The notes under the pieces are model-generated. The model saw nothing but the letters and a program-made list of their open reading frames with translations, had not been told where the DNA came from and ran no database searches. The translations under genes were made by a program, and so were the position numbers. This document shows positions 1 through 7,446 of a stretch of DNA of 64,000 nucleotides, piece by piece (within the stretch, counting starts at the first letter, position 1; every line of letters begins with the position of its first letter). This stretch comes from Spirochaetota bacterium (GTDB lineage Bacteria > Spirochaetota > GWE2-31-10). The stretch covers positions 7,943 to 71,942 of the forward strand of contig JBGUUT010000126.1 in assembly GCA_045133795.1 (NCBI GenBank), given 5' to 3'.

Positions 1-874
1 TTCCGCCACCGGGACCGATGTCTCCGATTTTCAAAGTCTTTTTTAATTCTTCCATAATAGGTGTATAAAGAGCATCAACTATATCTTTTGTATAAGTTGG
101 TAACAAATCAAAGATATCGTCTATAGAGCCAAACTGTTTTTTTGAGGACGAGAGTACAACCGCAGTCTTCAAGTCAATGACTGTAGAAGAAAGGTACATT
201 CTGCTTCCTAGCTTGATTATTTGTCCTCTTGCTACCATTGTTGCGTTTATGGCATTACCTAAAGCGACTGTCTTTTCTTTATTCGACCAGTCGGATGCTT
301 GAAATTTCATTTCTTTGATTGTCTTATCAAAGTTCGCTCTGTCTACTACATTTACTTTGCCGGTAGAAACAAGTTCTGCAATAAACAGTTCTGTTATTGC
401 ATCTGCTTCTTCACTGTTTACTGCCCCTGCTGTTATATCAAACGTCGAAACTGCGACATAGGGAAGTTGCATTTCTTGAGTTCCTTTAACTTGCGTAATA
501 CTTGTACTGACTGTTTTAGGATGTCTTAATACTCCGTCTTTAGTTCCGAATGAGTTAAATACAAATTCCGGCATTTCAGGATCTTCAAAATACAGACCAT
601 CATTAGGATTATAAAACTTATAATATTCTATTGGTTTTTCCATTACAAAACGATATTCCCATTCACCTTGTGCATTTCTTACCATCGGTTTGCCCGGTTC
701 TTCCCAGTCATTTGTCATTGTTCCGATACAGTTCACGGCTGACATCTTGTTATTTTTATATGTGATGATACACGTCCATTTGCTGTCTTTTTCCTCATAT
801 CTGACTTTTGCATTTACAGCCATTACGGAAAATAACAACATTGTAACTACTAATAATTTGATTAGTTTTCTCAT
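1..874 (-). CDS. Secreted protein, partial (the 3' end runs off the window start). The C-terminal half has a CsgG/LpoB/TolB-N-like periplasmic fold signature.
   Basis: ATG at 874..872 preceded by AAAGGAGA. My hand translation of the minus strand gives MRKLIKLLVVTMLLFSVMAVNAKVRYEEKDSKW..., a Sec signal peptide ending in an AVNA|K cleavage site, and the frame stays open to position 1. The segment VSTFDITAGAVNSEEADAITELFIAELVSTGKVNVVDRANFDKTIKEM..LGNAINATMVARGQIIKLGSRMYLSSTVIDLKT resembles CsgG/LpoB-type domains. It is absent from the ORF track because it is truncated. Confidence 0.45.
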   Translation of the reverse strand, partial: MRKLIKLLVVTMLLFSVMAVNAKVRYEEKDSKWTCIITYKNNKMSAVNCIGTMTNDWEEPGKPMVRNAQGEWEYRFVMEKPIEYYKFYNPNDGLYFEDPEMPEFVFNSFGTKDGVLRHPKTVSTSITQVKGTQEMQLPYVAVSTFDITAGAVNSEEADAITELFIAELVSTGKVNVVDRANFDKTIKEMKFQASDWSNKEKTVALGNAINATMVARGQIIKLGSRMYLSSTVIDLKTAVVLSSSKKQFGSIDDIFDLLPTYTKDIVDALYTPIMEELKKTLKIGDIGPGGG

Positions 875-901
875 TTATTTGTCTCCTTTATTTTTTGATT
901 A

Positions 902-1957
902 TTATATATGGTCTATAGTAAGAACTGTTTTCGATTTTGGACTTCCCCAAATTCTTTCAAATTGAGTTATAAATTGATTCGATATTTCAGGATTTAATTC
1001 AGAATTTATATAAAATACAAATGAATTCCTTGTTACTTCCGTGGCTGTATACAATGCGATATACAAAATGTTGTCACAGCGGATATAGGAAAAATACGGA
1101 ATATCATCATAGTATTTTAAACAGAGAGAAGCTTCTTGTCTGTTCATGGCGTTTTTAAATTCAAGATTATTTGAAAATGTATCTTTTAGTTCTTGATATT
1201 TCTTTTTTGTTTCTGTTGCTTTATCAAAGAAATCTTTTGTATCACCATTTCTGATATACGAAAATCTAGCTTTAACTAAATTTGATTCCGGTGATAACGC
1301 CATTATTCTGATTCTGGCACTTTGTGTATTAAGTAAGTTATTTTTAAAAATATCTAATGCTTCGGTAGATGTTTCACCTGTCATGCTTAAAATATCAATC
1401 TCTGTTGCTCTAGAAAATGCTGTTTTAATTATATCTTGGACTTTTGGGTCTATTCGTCTTCCGAGAAGATGAAGTCCCTTTTTATCTTCTCTGTTAAAAG
1501 CTATATTTTCACAATATTTATTATGTTCATATATTCTAAAAATATGCTCAACACTTTGCCGTATCTCATTTTTTGTTAATTCTATATCTTTTGAAATAGG
1601 ATTCATATTTGGATATGGATATGCAATAACATTCATTGCTCCTATATCAAAAGGAATCGAATCCTTAGAATTACCTGCTCTCAAAATAATACAAGGTTTA
1701 CCAGTCATGTGGCGGATTCCTAATTCATAAAAAACATTAGGATTTAAATCTGTAATGTCACATACAACTAAATCGGCTTCTTTAAGATTATGTACTATAT
1801 CAGTTGTAATGATATTTCGAGGAATATCAATTGGTAATAAAATATTGAAGTCATCTCCCAGAGCAGGAGTAAGTATATTATCTTGAACATATCTAGAACG
1901 TTTTCGTTCGGGCGAATCCGCTTCTTTCAATGTACAAATAAAAAACGCTGTTTTCAT
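902..1957 (-). CDS. Protein with an N-terminal nucleoside 2-deoxyribosyltransferase-like (SLOG/Rossmannoid) domain and an uncharacterised roughly 220-aa C-terminal domain
   Basis: 351-aa ORF with RBS AAAGGAG. The N-terminus MKTAFFICTL...EADLVVCDITDLNPNVFYELGIRHMTGKPCIIL matches the NDT/SLOG pattern (buried beta-strand start, D-x-x-D, NPNV-x-YELG with the Glu, GKP). The C-terminal region matches nothing I recognise. Confidence 0.55.
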   Translation of the reverse strand: MKTAFFICTLKEADSPERKRSRYVQDNILTPALGDDFNILLPIDIPRNIITTDIVHNLKEADLVVCDITDLNPNVFYELGIRHMTGKPCIILRAGNSKDSIPFDIGAMNVIAYPYPNMNPISKDIELTKNEIRQSVEHIFRIYEHNKYCENIAFNREDKKGLHLLGRRIDPKVQDIIKTAFSRATEIDILSMTGETSTEALDIFKNNLLNTQSARIRIMALSPESNLVKARFSYIRNGDTKDFFDKATETKKKYQELKDTFSNNLEFKNAMNRQEASLCLKYYDDIPYFSYIRCDNILYIALYTATEVTRNSFVFYINSELNPEISNQFITQFERIWGSPKSKTVLTIDHI

Positions 1958-2126
1958 TCTTATTTCTCCTTTATGTTTTGATTATTTTTACTTTCCATTC
2001 CGGAAAGTTTTTTTCTTTTGACCGGGAGTTCGACTTAGCTTTTTGCCGTTTTTTCCTGATGGGAAAAACTTCGTTCGTTCGCAATGCGAACTCACCTTAG
2101 CTCACGTTCGTCACTCCACGAGAACA

Positions 2127-2227
2127 CCTCTCATAACTGCATGAGAAATGCTCTCATAGCATTATGAGAATCTCTCTCATGCCGTTATGAGAACGTCTTC
2201 ACTCGTACTATGAGAGCCCCTCTCATG
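2127..2227. repeat. Tandem array of four imperfect 20-25 bp palindromic units (CTCTCATA-N5-7-TATGAGA). It may be operator-like and lies in the 5' region of the 902..1957 gene.
   Basis: Read directly: cctctcataactgcatgagaa, gctctcatagcattatgagaa, tctctcatgccgttatgagaa, then the inverted-orientation unit tatgagagcccctctcatgc. Additional dyads lie just upstream: GTTCGCA|TGCGAAC at about 2078-2092 and GTTTTTCC-tgat-GGAAAAAC at about 2049-2070. Confidence 0.6.
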
Positions 2228-2228
2228 C

Positions 2229-2963
2229 TTAATCATCGATTGCGTTACAAGCGTAGTTGTAAGTAATCTCACGTATCGAAGCGAGATTTGCTCCGCCGCT
2301 GTAGTTCGTTTTGATTTTCACGGTTACGGCTCCGGCAGGTACTGTCGACGGTACACGTGCGATTATTTGGCTCGGTTTGTTTACTGTCAGTCGGCGTGTT
2401 ACTCTGTGTTCTGCTCCCGTAGAGTCCACGATAAAGATTCCTTGATTTTGGTCGGCTTCATCGGTGATTTTGATTTTTTCGCCGTCGATTACGATGTCGT
2501 CGCCGATTGTGATTGTGCCGTCTTTGAGTCCTGTGGCACCGTCAGTAATCGCCGTGATTCGTGCAGAGGCTGATGTAGCTCCCATTACTTTCACAGATAT
2601 TCCGTCAAGTGTGCTTCGTAAATCTGCTGTCGGTACAAGGTCTACCGTGCGTTTGTGAGTAGCTGGGTCGAAGCTCGCTGCTTCATTTTCCCAAACTCCG
2701 CTTACTCTCGGCGTGATTTGCACTAAGCCGTCACGGAAACTTGAGCATTCTTGGATAAATGCTTTTACTGCATTGTCACGCAGGTTAAGAATATTGAGGA
2801 TTGTGTCCTTGCGGTATTCGCTTCGTTCGCTGACGATTCTTTCCGCTACGTCTTCGTTTGTCAATGTAGCACCGTTAAGGTGAACATCGGCGATACAGTC
2901 TTTGTCATTGTCTTTTGTGAGTGCGTTCGGTCGTAAGTAGACCTGCCATTGGTTGTTTGCCAT
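2229..2963 (-). CDS. Bacteroidetes-type HU-family DNA-binding protein (HU-HIG N-terminal domain plus DUF4469/Ig-like C-terminal domain)
   Basis: 244-aa ORF with RBS AAAGGAG. The N-terminus MANNQWQVYLRPNALTKDNDKDCIADVHLNGATLTNEDVAERIV follows the HU-HIG pattern (basic start, N-x-LT-x-D, Y/C-x-A-x-V) and FDPATHKRTVDLVPTADLR follows the DUF4469-like pattern. Local GC is clearly higher (about 48%) than the flanks (about 33%). Confidence 0.55.
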   Translation of the reverse strand: MANNQWQVYLRPNALTKDNDKDCIADVHLNGATLTNEDVAERIVSERSEYRKDTILNILNLRDNAVKAFIQECSSFRDGLVQITPRVSGVWENEAASFDPATHKRTVDLVPTADLRSTLDGISVKVMGATSASARITAITDGATGLKDGTITIGDDIVIDGEKIKITDEADQNQGIFIVDSTGAEHRVTRRLTVNKPSQIIARVPSTVPAGAVTVKIKTNYSGGANLASIREITYNYACNAIDD

Positions 2964-3031
2964 AGTAAATACTCCTTTGATTTCTTCTTTCCTTATGTGT
3001 AGTAAAGGCTGGAAGAAAGCAAAGAGAATGT

Positions 3032-3047
3032 AAAAAAAAAAAAAAAA
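3032..3047. repeat. A16 homopolymeric tract (T16 on the minus strand), 69-84 bp upstream of the 2229..2963 gene start
   Basis: 16 consecutive A residues counted in the sequence. Confidence 0.9.
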
Positions 3048-3226
3048 CTGTCAAATTTATTGATAATATATAGGAGTAAAAACATTTTTTTGGGCGTGCA
3101 GTTGGCTTCTTTTCTCCTCTTTGGCTGCCGGCACGCTCTTTTTAGGAAAACGGAAAGGTGAAAGAGGGAAGATGAGAAATGAGAATGAACTCACCGAGAG
3201 GAGCGTCCTTTTCTCTTGGGAGTTAT

Positions 3227-3268
3227 AGAGGGTATTCTCTTTTCATCGCAAAAAAGAGAATACCCTCT
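3227..3268. repeat. Perfect 17-bp-stem hairpin (AGAGGGTATTCTCTTTT / AAAAGAGAATACCCTCT), not followed by a T-run
   Basis: The inverted repeat is read directly and is not a canonical terminator on either strand. Confidence 0.7.
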
Positions 3269-3276
3269 AACTTCTA

Positions 3277-3470
3277 CCAACTTTGAACCAAAGTTGCATT
3301 TTAACGCCGGCTATGCCGGCAAAAAGAGCCTTAAACCTAAGTTGGTTTATAAAACTTTAAACCAAAGTTGCATTTTAACGCCGGCTATGCCGGCAAATAA
3401 AGCTCCAAACCTTGCAAAGTTTTAGAAAAGTTTTGTCCCCAAAACGACCATAACTCGCCGGCTATGCCGG
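3277..3470. repeat. Mosaic direct repeats (about 45-bp unit, present 2.5 times). Each unit carries an AT-rich hairpin (CAACTTTG..CAAAGTTG) and a GC hairpin (GCCGGC-TAT-GCCGGC).
   Basis: aaccaaagttgcattttaacgccggctatgccggcaaa occurs at about 3288 and again at about 3358. cgccggctatgccggcaaaag occurs a third time at about 3447, and the aactttaaacc modules are also repeated. Confidence 0.7.
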
Positions 3471-3518
3471 CAAAAGGAACTTTAAACCCACGTGGTTTGA
3501 AAAGCTTTGAAGAAAGCT

Positions 3519-3920
3519 TTAGTTTTGTTGTTCGCCGTTGTAGTCGTTGATTCCGCCGATTTCGATAATATTTGCATATTTTAAATCAATAAGTTTTTGT
3601 GCTGCAATTTTACTGCGGCGACCGCTTCTGCAATAAACAAAGATTTGTTGTTCTTTATTCGGTAAAATCGTTTCACATGTTCGCTCGCTAATATTATCGT
3701 GCGGAAATAAAACTGCACCCGGAATATGACCGGAAGCAAATTCATCTAAGCTGCGAACATCCAGCAAAATATAATCAGAAGATTCTGACATGATTTTTAA
3801 ACCTTCTTCCATCGAAACGGATTGATAAGTAAGATTTTTTTCAGCTTCTTTTTGATTAATACAGTTGAAAAGGAAAGGAACGCACATAAAAATAATCAAA
3901 TATTTAAAGTAATTTCTCAT
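3519..3920 (-). CDS. Rhodanese-like sulfurtransferase domain protein with a signal peptide
   Basis: Rhodanese active-site loop CRSGRRS, a GHIPGA motif and a hydrophobic N-terminus. Confidence 0.8.
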   Translation of the reverse strand: MRNYFKYLIIFMCVPFLFNCINQKEAEKNLTYQSVSMEEGLKIMSESSDYILLDVRSLDEFASGHIPGAVLFPHDNISERTCETILPNKEQQIFVYCRSGRRSKIAAQKLIDLKYANIIEIGGINDYNGEQQN

Positions 3921-4133
3921 GTTGCAAATGTATAGATGAGATTTTGTAATTTATCAATGATAATCACAACTTATTTTTTTCATGGTAAAAACTTTTTTCA
4001 AAAGTCGACAATTAAGAACTTTTTTTTCTTACCGATAAAAGGAAAAGGGAATTTACATTTTACGTAATTTAAATGTAGATGAGACACAGGAGAGCAATTT
4101 TCTTCTGATATTTTTTGCGGCAATGGGCGGGGT

Positions 4134-6932
4134 ATGTTTTTAAAGAATCTTACTATTAATGGCTTTAAATCGTTTTGTGAAGCATCGGAGATAAAATTTG
4201 ATAAAGGGATTTCGGCAATTGTCGGACCTAACGGTTGCGGTAAATCAAATATTGTAGATGCATTAAAGTGGGTTTTGGGAGAACAAAAAAATCGATCTTT
4301 GCGTGCAAACAATATGACGGATGTTATTTTTAAAGGTACTACCGAAAAAAAAGGTTTGGGACGTGCCGAAGTTCGTTTGACATTGGTAAATGAAAACGGG
4401 TTGTTGCCGTTGGATTTTAATGAAGTAGAAGTTGCTCGTATAATTTATGCAGACGGTGAAAATGAATATTACATCAATAAAGAAAAAGTTCGTTTGAAGG
4501 ATATTCATGAGCTTTTTTTTGATACCGGAGTTGGTAAGTCGGCGTATTCATTTATGGAACAGGGAAAAATCGATATGATTCTTTCCAATAAGCCGGAAGA
4601 CCGTCGTTATATTATCGAAGAAGCTGCCGGAATTACAAAATATAAATCACGAAAACATGAAGCAGAAAATAACCTTAATCGTGCGAATGAAAATATTGTT
4701 CGTGCTCAAGATATTTTTTCTGAGGTTTCCAAACAATACGAATCAATGAAAAAACAAGCTGATAAAGCTCAACGTTATATGGAACTTAAAGACGGCGTGC
4801 GAGATTTGGAAATCGAGCTTGGAATCAACAGACTTATGTTGCAAAAAAATATAAAAGACCGTTTTGCCGGCAAACAGTCAAAAGTCGACGATGAATTAGC
4901 GGCGATTCAGGAAGAAATAGACAGCTTGCAATCTGACGTTTCGGAAAAAATGATTGCGGTTAATAATTTGGAACAGGAAAAAATAGACAGACATCGTGAG
5001 ATAGAAAGAACTGACGGAGAAATCAAAGCTTTGAATGTAAAAAATGCTGCTTTACGTGATAAAGAGGCGACAATTTCCAGTTCATTACGTACCGATGAAG
5101 AAAAGCTCGGTCGATTGGATAAAACGATTGCCGATACTGATGAAGAACTGGCGGCTGTTGATGATGAACGTTTTGATACAGTTTCAAAAATCAGCAGTAT
5201 TGAAAAGGATATTTCTCGTCATAACGAAATGATTTCGCAAATTGACATAGATTTGAAAAAAAATGATGAGCAAATCAAATCATTACACGGTTTGATAAAA
5301 GATTTAGCTGCGGAACAGGCAAGTAAACGAGGTCATTTAAAGGAAATTACAGACGCTTTGATTGTAAAGATTGAAGAGTCGCTAAATGTTTTTGATATGA
5401 ATTCTCGTGAAATTATGACGCTAAAGGAAAGTGTCGGCCATGATATTCCGAGAGTACGTGAAGAATTCAGAACTCGTCGTCAATTTTTGGAAGATGTTTT
5501 GAAGATTAGAAATATTCCGTCAGACAGCAGTGCGTTTTTTCAGCAGTTGGAAGATTTCGGAAAACATTTGCAAGATTTGGAAGAAAAACTCGGACACGCC
5601 GGCGAAAATGTAAATAAGTATGTGAAAGCGACTGAAATCTTTATGAATGATATTTTCAGCCCGGAAGGTATTATCCAGAGAAAACGTAAGACAGAACAGG
5701 AAATCGCAGAGTACGATAAACGTATGCATAATTACAGAATTGAAATTGAGAATTTGGAACGAAATTCTGAAACTAAAGAAGAGCAAAAGGAAAATTACAG
5801 AAAGCTTGTGGAAGAAGCAAAAGTAATTTATTCGTCGTTATTGGAAAAACAAAAATCTTTTGACCGTGAAATACAGCGTATTACAAAGATTAAAAATGAA
5901 TATATTGCACAGAAATCGGAAATTGAACGAACAATAAAATCTCGTAACGAAGAGCTTGAAGAAGTTCAATATGAAATTGACGAACTTGACGGTTTGTTGA
6001 GAACCGAACGCAACAAGAAAAAGAAGATAGAAGAACGTATTGAAGAATTGGACAATTTGATTCAATCGGAAAGTGAAAAGATGTCTCAACAGCAGTTGAG
6101 AATGCGTAATATAAACGAGTCTTTCTTAAAAAAGAAAGCGGAAATCGAAGAATTGAAGCTCAAACTTGCGGAAGTAGATACGACAATTAGCGAGATTTAT
6201 CGAAATGCGTACGACAATCTTTCCATTAACTTAAAGGAATATGAGAATTCCGAAAAATATAACACCGGGCGAGAAGCTTCCGTTATCCGAGAAACTCTTT
6301 CCGGAATAAAAAATGACATGATGTCATTGGGGCAAGTAAATATGGCGGCAATGCAGGAATGCGAATCGTTGAAAGAACGTTATGATTTACTTATGTCACA
6401 ATTAGAAGATTTGCAAAAAGGTAAAGATGATTTGCTTACTATAATAAATGAGCTTAACGGAAAGTCTCAAGAGATGTTTGAAAAAACTTATGTGGAAATC
6501 AGAAAGAATTTTCAGATGATTTTCTCTAAGTTATTTAACGGCGGAAAGGCTGATATTTTACTTACGGAACCGGAAAATCTTCTTGAAACCGGTATTGATG
6601 TAGAAGTGCAGCCGCCGGGACAGACTCGAAAAAGTATTACGCTTCTTTCCGGAGGACAGCGAACAATGACGGCAATTGCGTTGATGTTTGCTACTTTTAT
6701 GGTAAAACCGTCGCCGTTTTGTTTGCTGGATGAAATTGACGCAGCGTTGGACGAAGCTAATGTTACTCGTTTTATAGAGTTGGTTCAGGATTTTAAAGAC
6801 CAAAGCCAGTTTGTAATGATTACGCATAATAAAAAAACTATGTCTGCCGCAAATGTAATGTACGGTGTAACTCAAGAAACTATGGGGGTATCGAAAATTG
6901 TTTCTGCAAAATTTATTGAAAAAATTCTCTGA
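4134..6932 (+). CDS. smc: Chromosome segregation protein SMC (short form, 932 aa)
   Basis: The N-terminus FKSF...GPNGCGKSNIVDALKWVLGEQ and the C-terminus LSGGQRTMTAIAL...LLDEIDAALD are SMC head motifs, joined by a long coiled-coil middle. Confidence 0.9.
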   Translation: MFLKNLTINGFKSFCEASEIKFDKGISAIVGPNGCGKSNIVDALKWVLGEQKNRSLRANNMTDVIFKGTTEKKGLGRAEVRLTLVNENGLLPLDFNEVEVARIIYADGENEYYINKEKVRLKDIHELFFDTGVGKSAYSFMEQGKIDMILSNKPEDRRYIIEEAAGITKYKSRKHEAENNLNRANENIVRAQDIFSEVSKQYESMKKQADKAQRYMELKDGVRDLEIELGINRLMLQKNIKDRFAGKQSKVDDELAAIQEEIDSLQSDVSEKMIAVNNLEQEKIDRHREIERTDGEIKALNVKNAALRDKEATISSSLRTDEEKLGRLDKTIADTDEELAAVDDERFDTVSKISSIEKDISRHNEMISQIDIDLKKNDEQIKSLHGLIKDLAAEQASKRGHLKEITDALIVKIEESLNVFDMNSREIMTLKESVGHDIPRVREEFRTRRQFLEDVLKIRNIPSDSSAFFQQLEDFGKHLQDLEEKLGHAGENVNKYVKATEIFMNDIFSPEGIIQRKRKTEQEIAEYDKRMHNYRIEIENLERNSETKEEQKENYRKLVEEAKVIYSSLLEKQKSFDREIQRITKIKNEYIAQKSEIERTIKSRNEELEEVQYEIDELDGLLRTERNKKKKIEERIEELDNLIQSESEKMSQQQLRMRNINESFLKKKAEIEELKLKLAEVDTTISEIYRNAYDNLSINLKEYENSEKYNTGREASVIRETLSGIKNDMMSLGQVNMAAMQECESLKERYDLLMSQLEDLQKGKDDLLTIINELNGKSQEMFEKTYVEIRKNFQMIFSKLFNGGKADILLTEPENLLETGIDVEVQPPGQTRKSITLLSGGQRTMTAIALMFATFMVKPSPFCLLDEIDAALDEANVTRFIELVQDFKDQSQFVMITHNKKTMSAANVMYGVTQETMGVSKIVSAKFIEKIL

Positions 6933-7446
6933 TTTGTGGCATCACGGTAAATCTAAAATATCGGTAGTAAAAAGTGATGTCTTTCCTAAGCATAAGGACG
7001 ATTATTTTATTTATCGAAATAAGCGTGAAATTATAATTATTTTTGCTTCATTGTTAATCGTGTTGTTTTGTGCAGCTTCGATAACTCATCATGCGGTAAA
7101 AAGCGGACAGCGAAAAAAGCAGTTTGCTCAGGCTGAAGAACAGGTAAAAAATGAAAATGTTGAGGTCGAAAAAAAAGCTGTAAGTAAAAAAAAGAAACAA
7201 AAAGTTTCTCCGGCAAGAGAAGTAAAAGCCGGAGTATTAAATGAAGAAGTTTTATTTTTACTCAACGGAGCTGTGGCTTATCCCGTATCCGATAAGGAGC
7301 AGTTTTTTGCAGATTATATCGAAATGTACCCTTTAAATAATTATAACCTTGCCGATACTAATCTTATCATGGATGAATACAACAAGATTATTGAGCAATC
7401 AATAAACGACAGTTGTAGTTTTAACTTTGAACGCAGGAGAAAATAG
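6898..7446 (+). CDS. Hypothetical small membrane protein (the true start may be an internal ATG)
   Basis: The ORF has one predicted TM helix (IIIIFASLLIVLFCAASI) and a Lys-rich region, and it overlaps the 3' end of smc. Confidence 0.4.
   Translation: MFLQNLLKKFSDLWHHGKSKISVVKSDVFPKHKDDYFIYRNKREIIIIFASLLIVLFCAASITHHAVKSGQRKKQFAQAEEQVKNENVEVEKKAVSKKKKQKVSPAREVKAGVLNEEVLFLLNGAVAYPVSDKEQFFADYIEMYPLNNYNLADTNLIMDEYNKIIEQSINDSCSFNFERRRK

Noticed and set aside
690-965. 91-aa plus-strand ORF
   Set aside because: It lies antisense within, and overlaps the start of, the well-supported minus-strand secreted-protein gene. It has no RBS.
2367-2936. Three plus-strand ORFs (2367-2573, 2464-2658, 2751-2936) inside the HU-like gene
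   Set aside because: They are antisense ORFs favoured by the locally higher GC, and are nested entirely within a coherent 244-aa minus-strand gene with an RBS.
3216-3425. 69-aa ORF in the intergenic repeat region
   Set aside because: It runs through the tandem hairpin repeats (its codons are dictated by the repeat), has no RBS and has a low-complexity product. I treat it as non-coding.
4263-6875. Several minus-strand ORFs of 80-105 aa inside smc (4263-4508, 5520-5786, 5838-6089, 6558-6875)
   Set aside because: They are antisense to a highly conserved gene and are AT-rich frames with Phe/Ile/Asn-biased composition typical of spurious ORFs.
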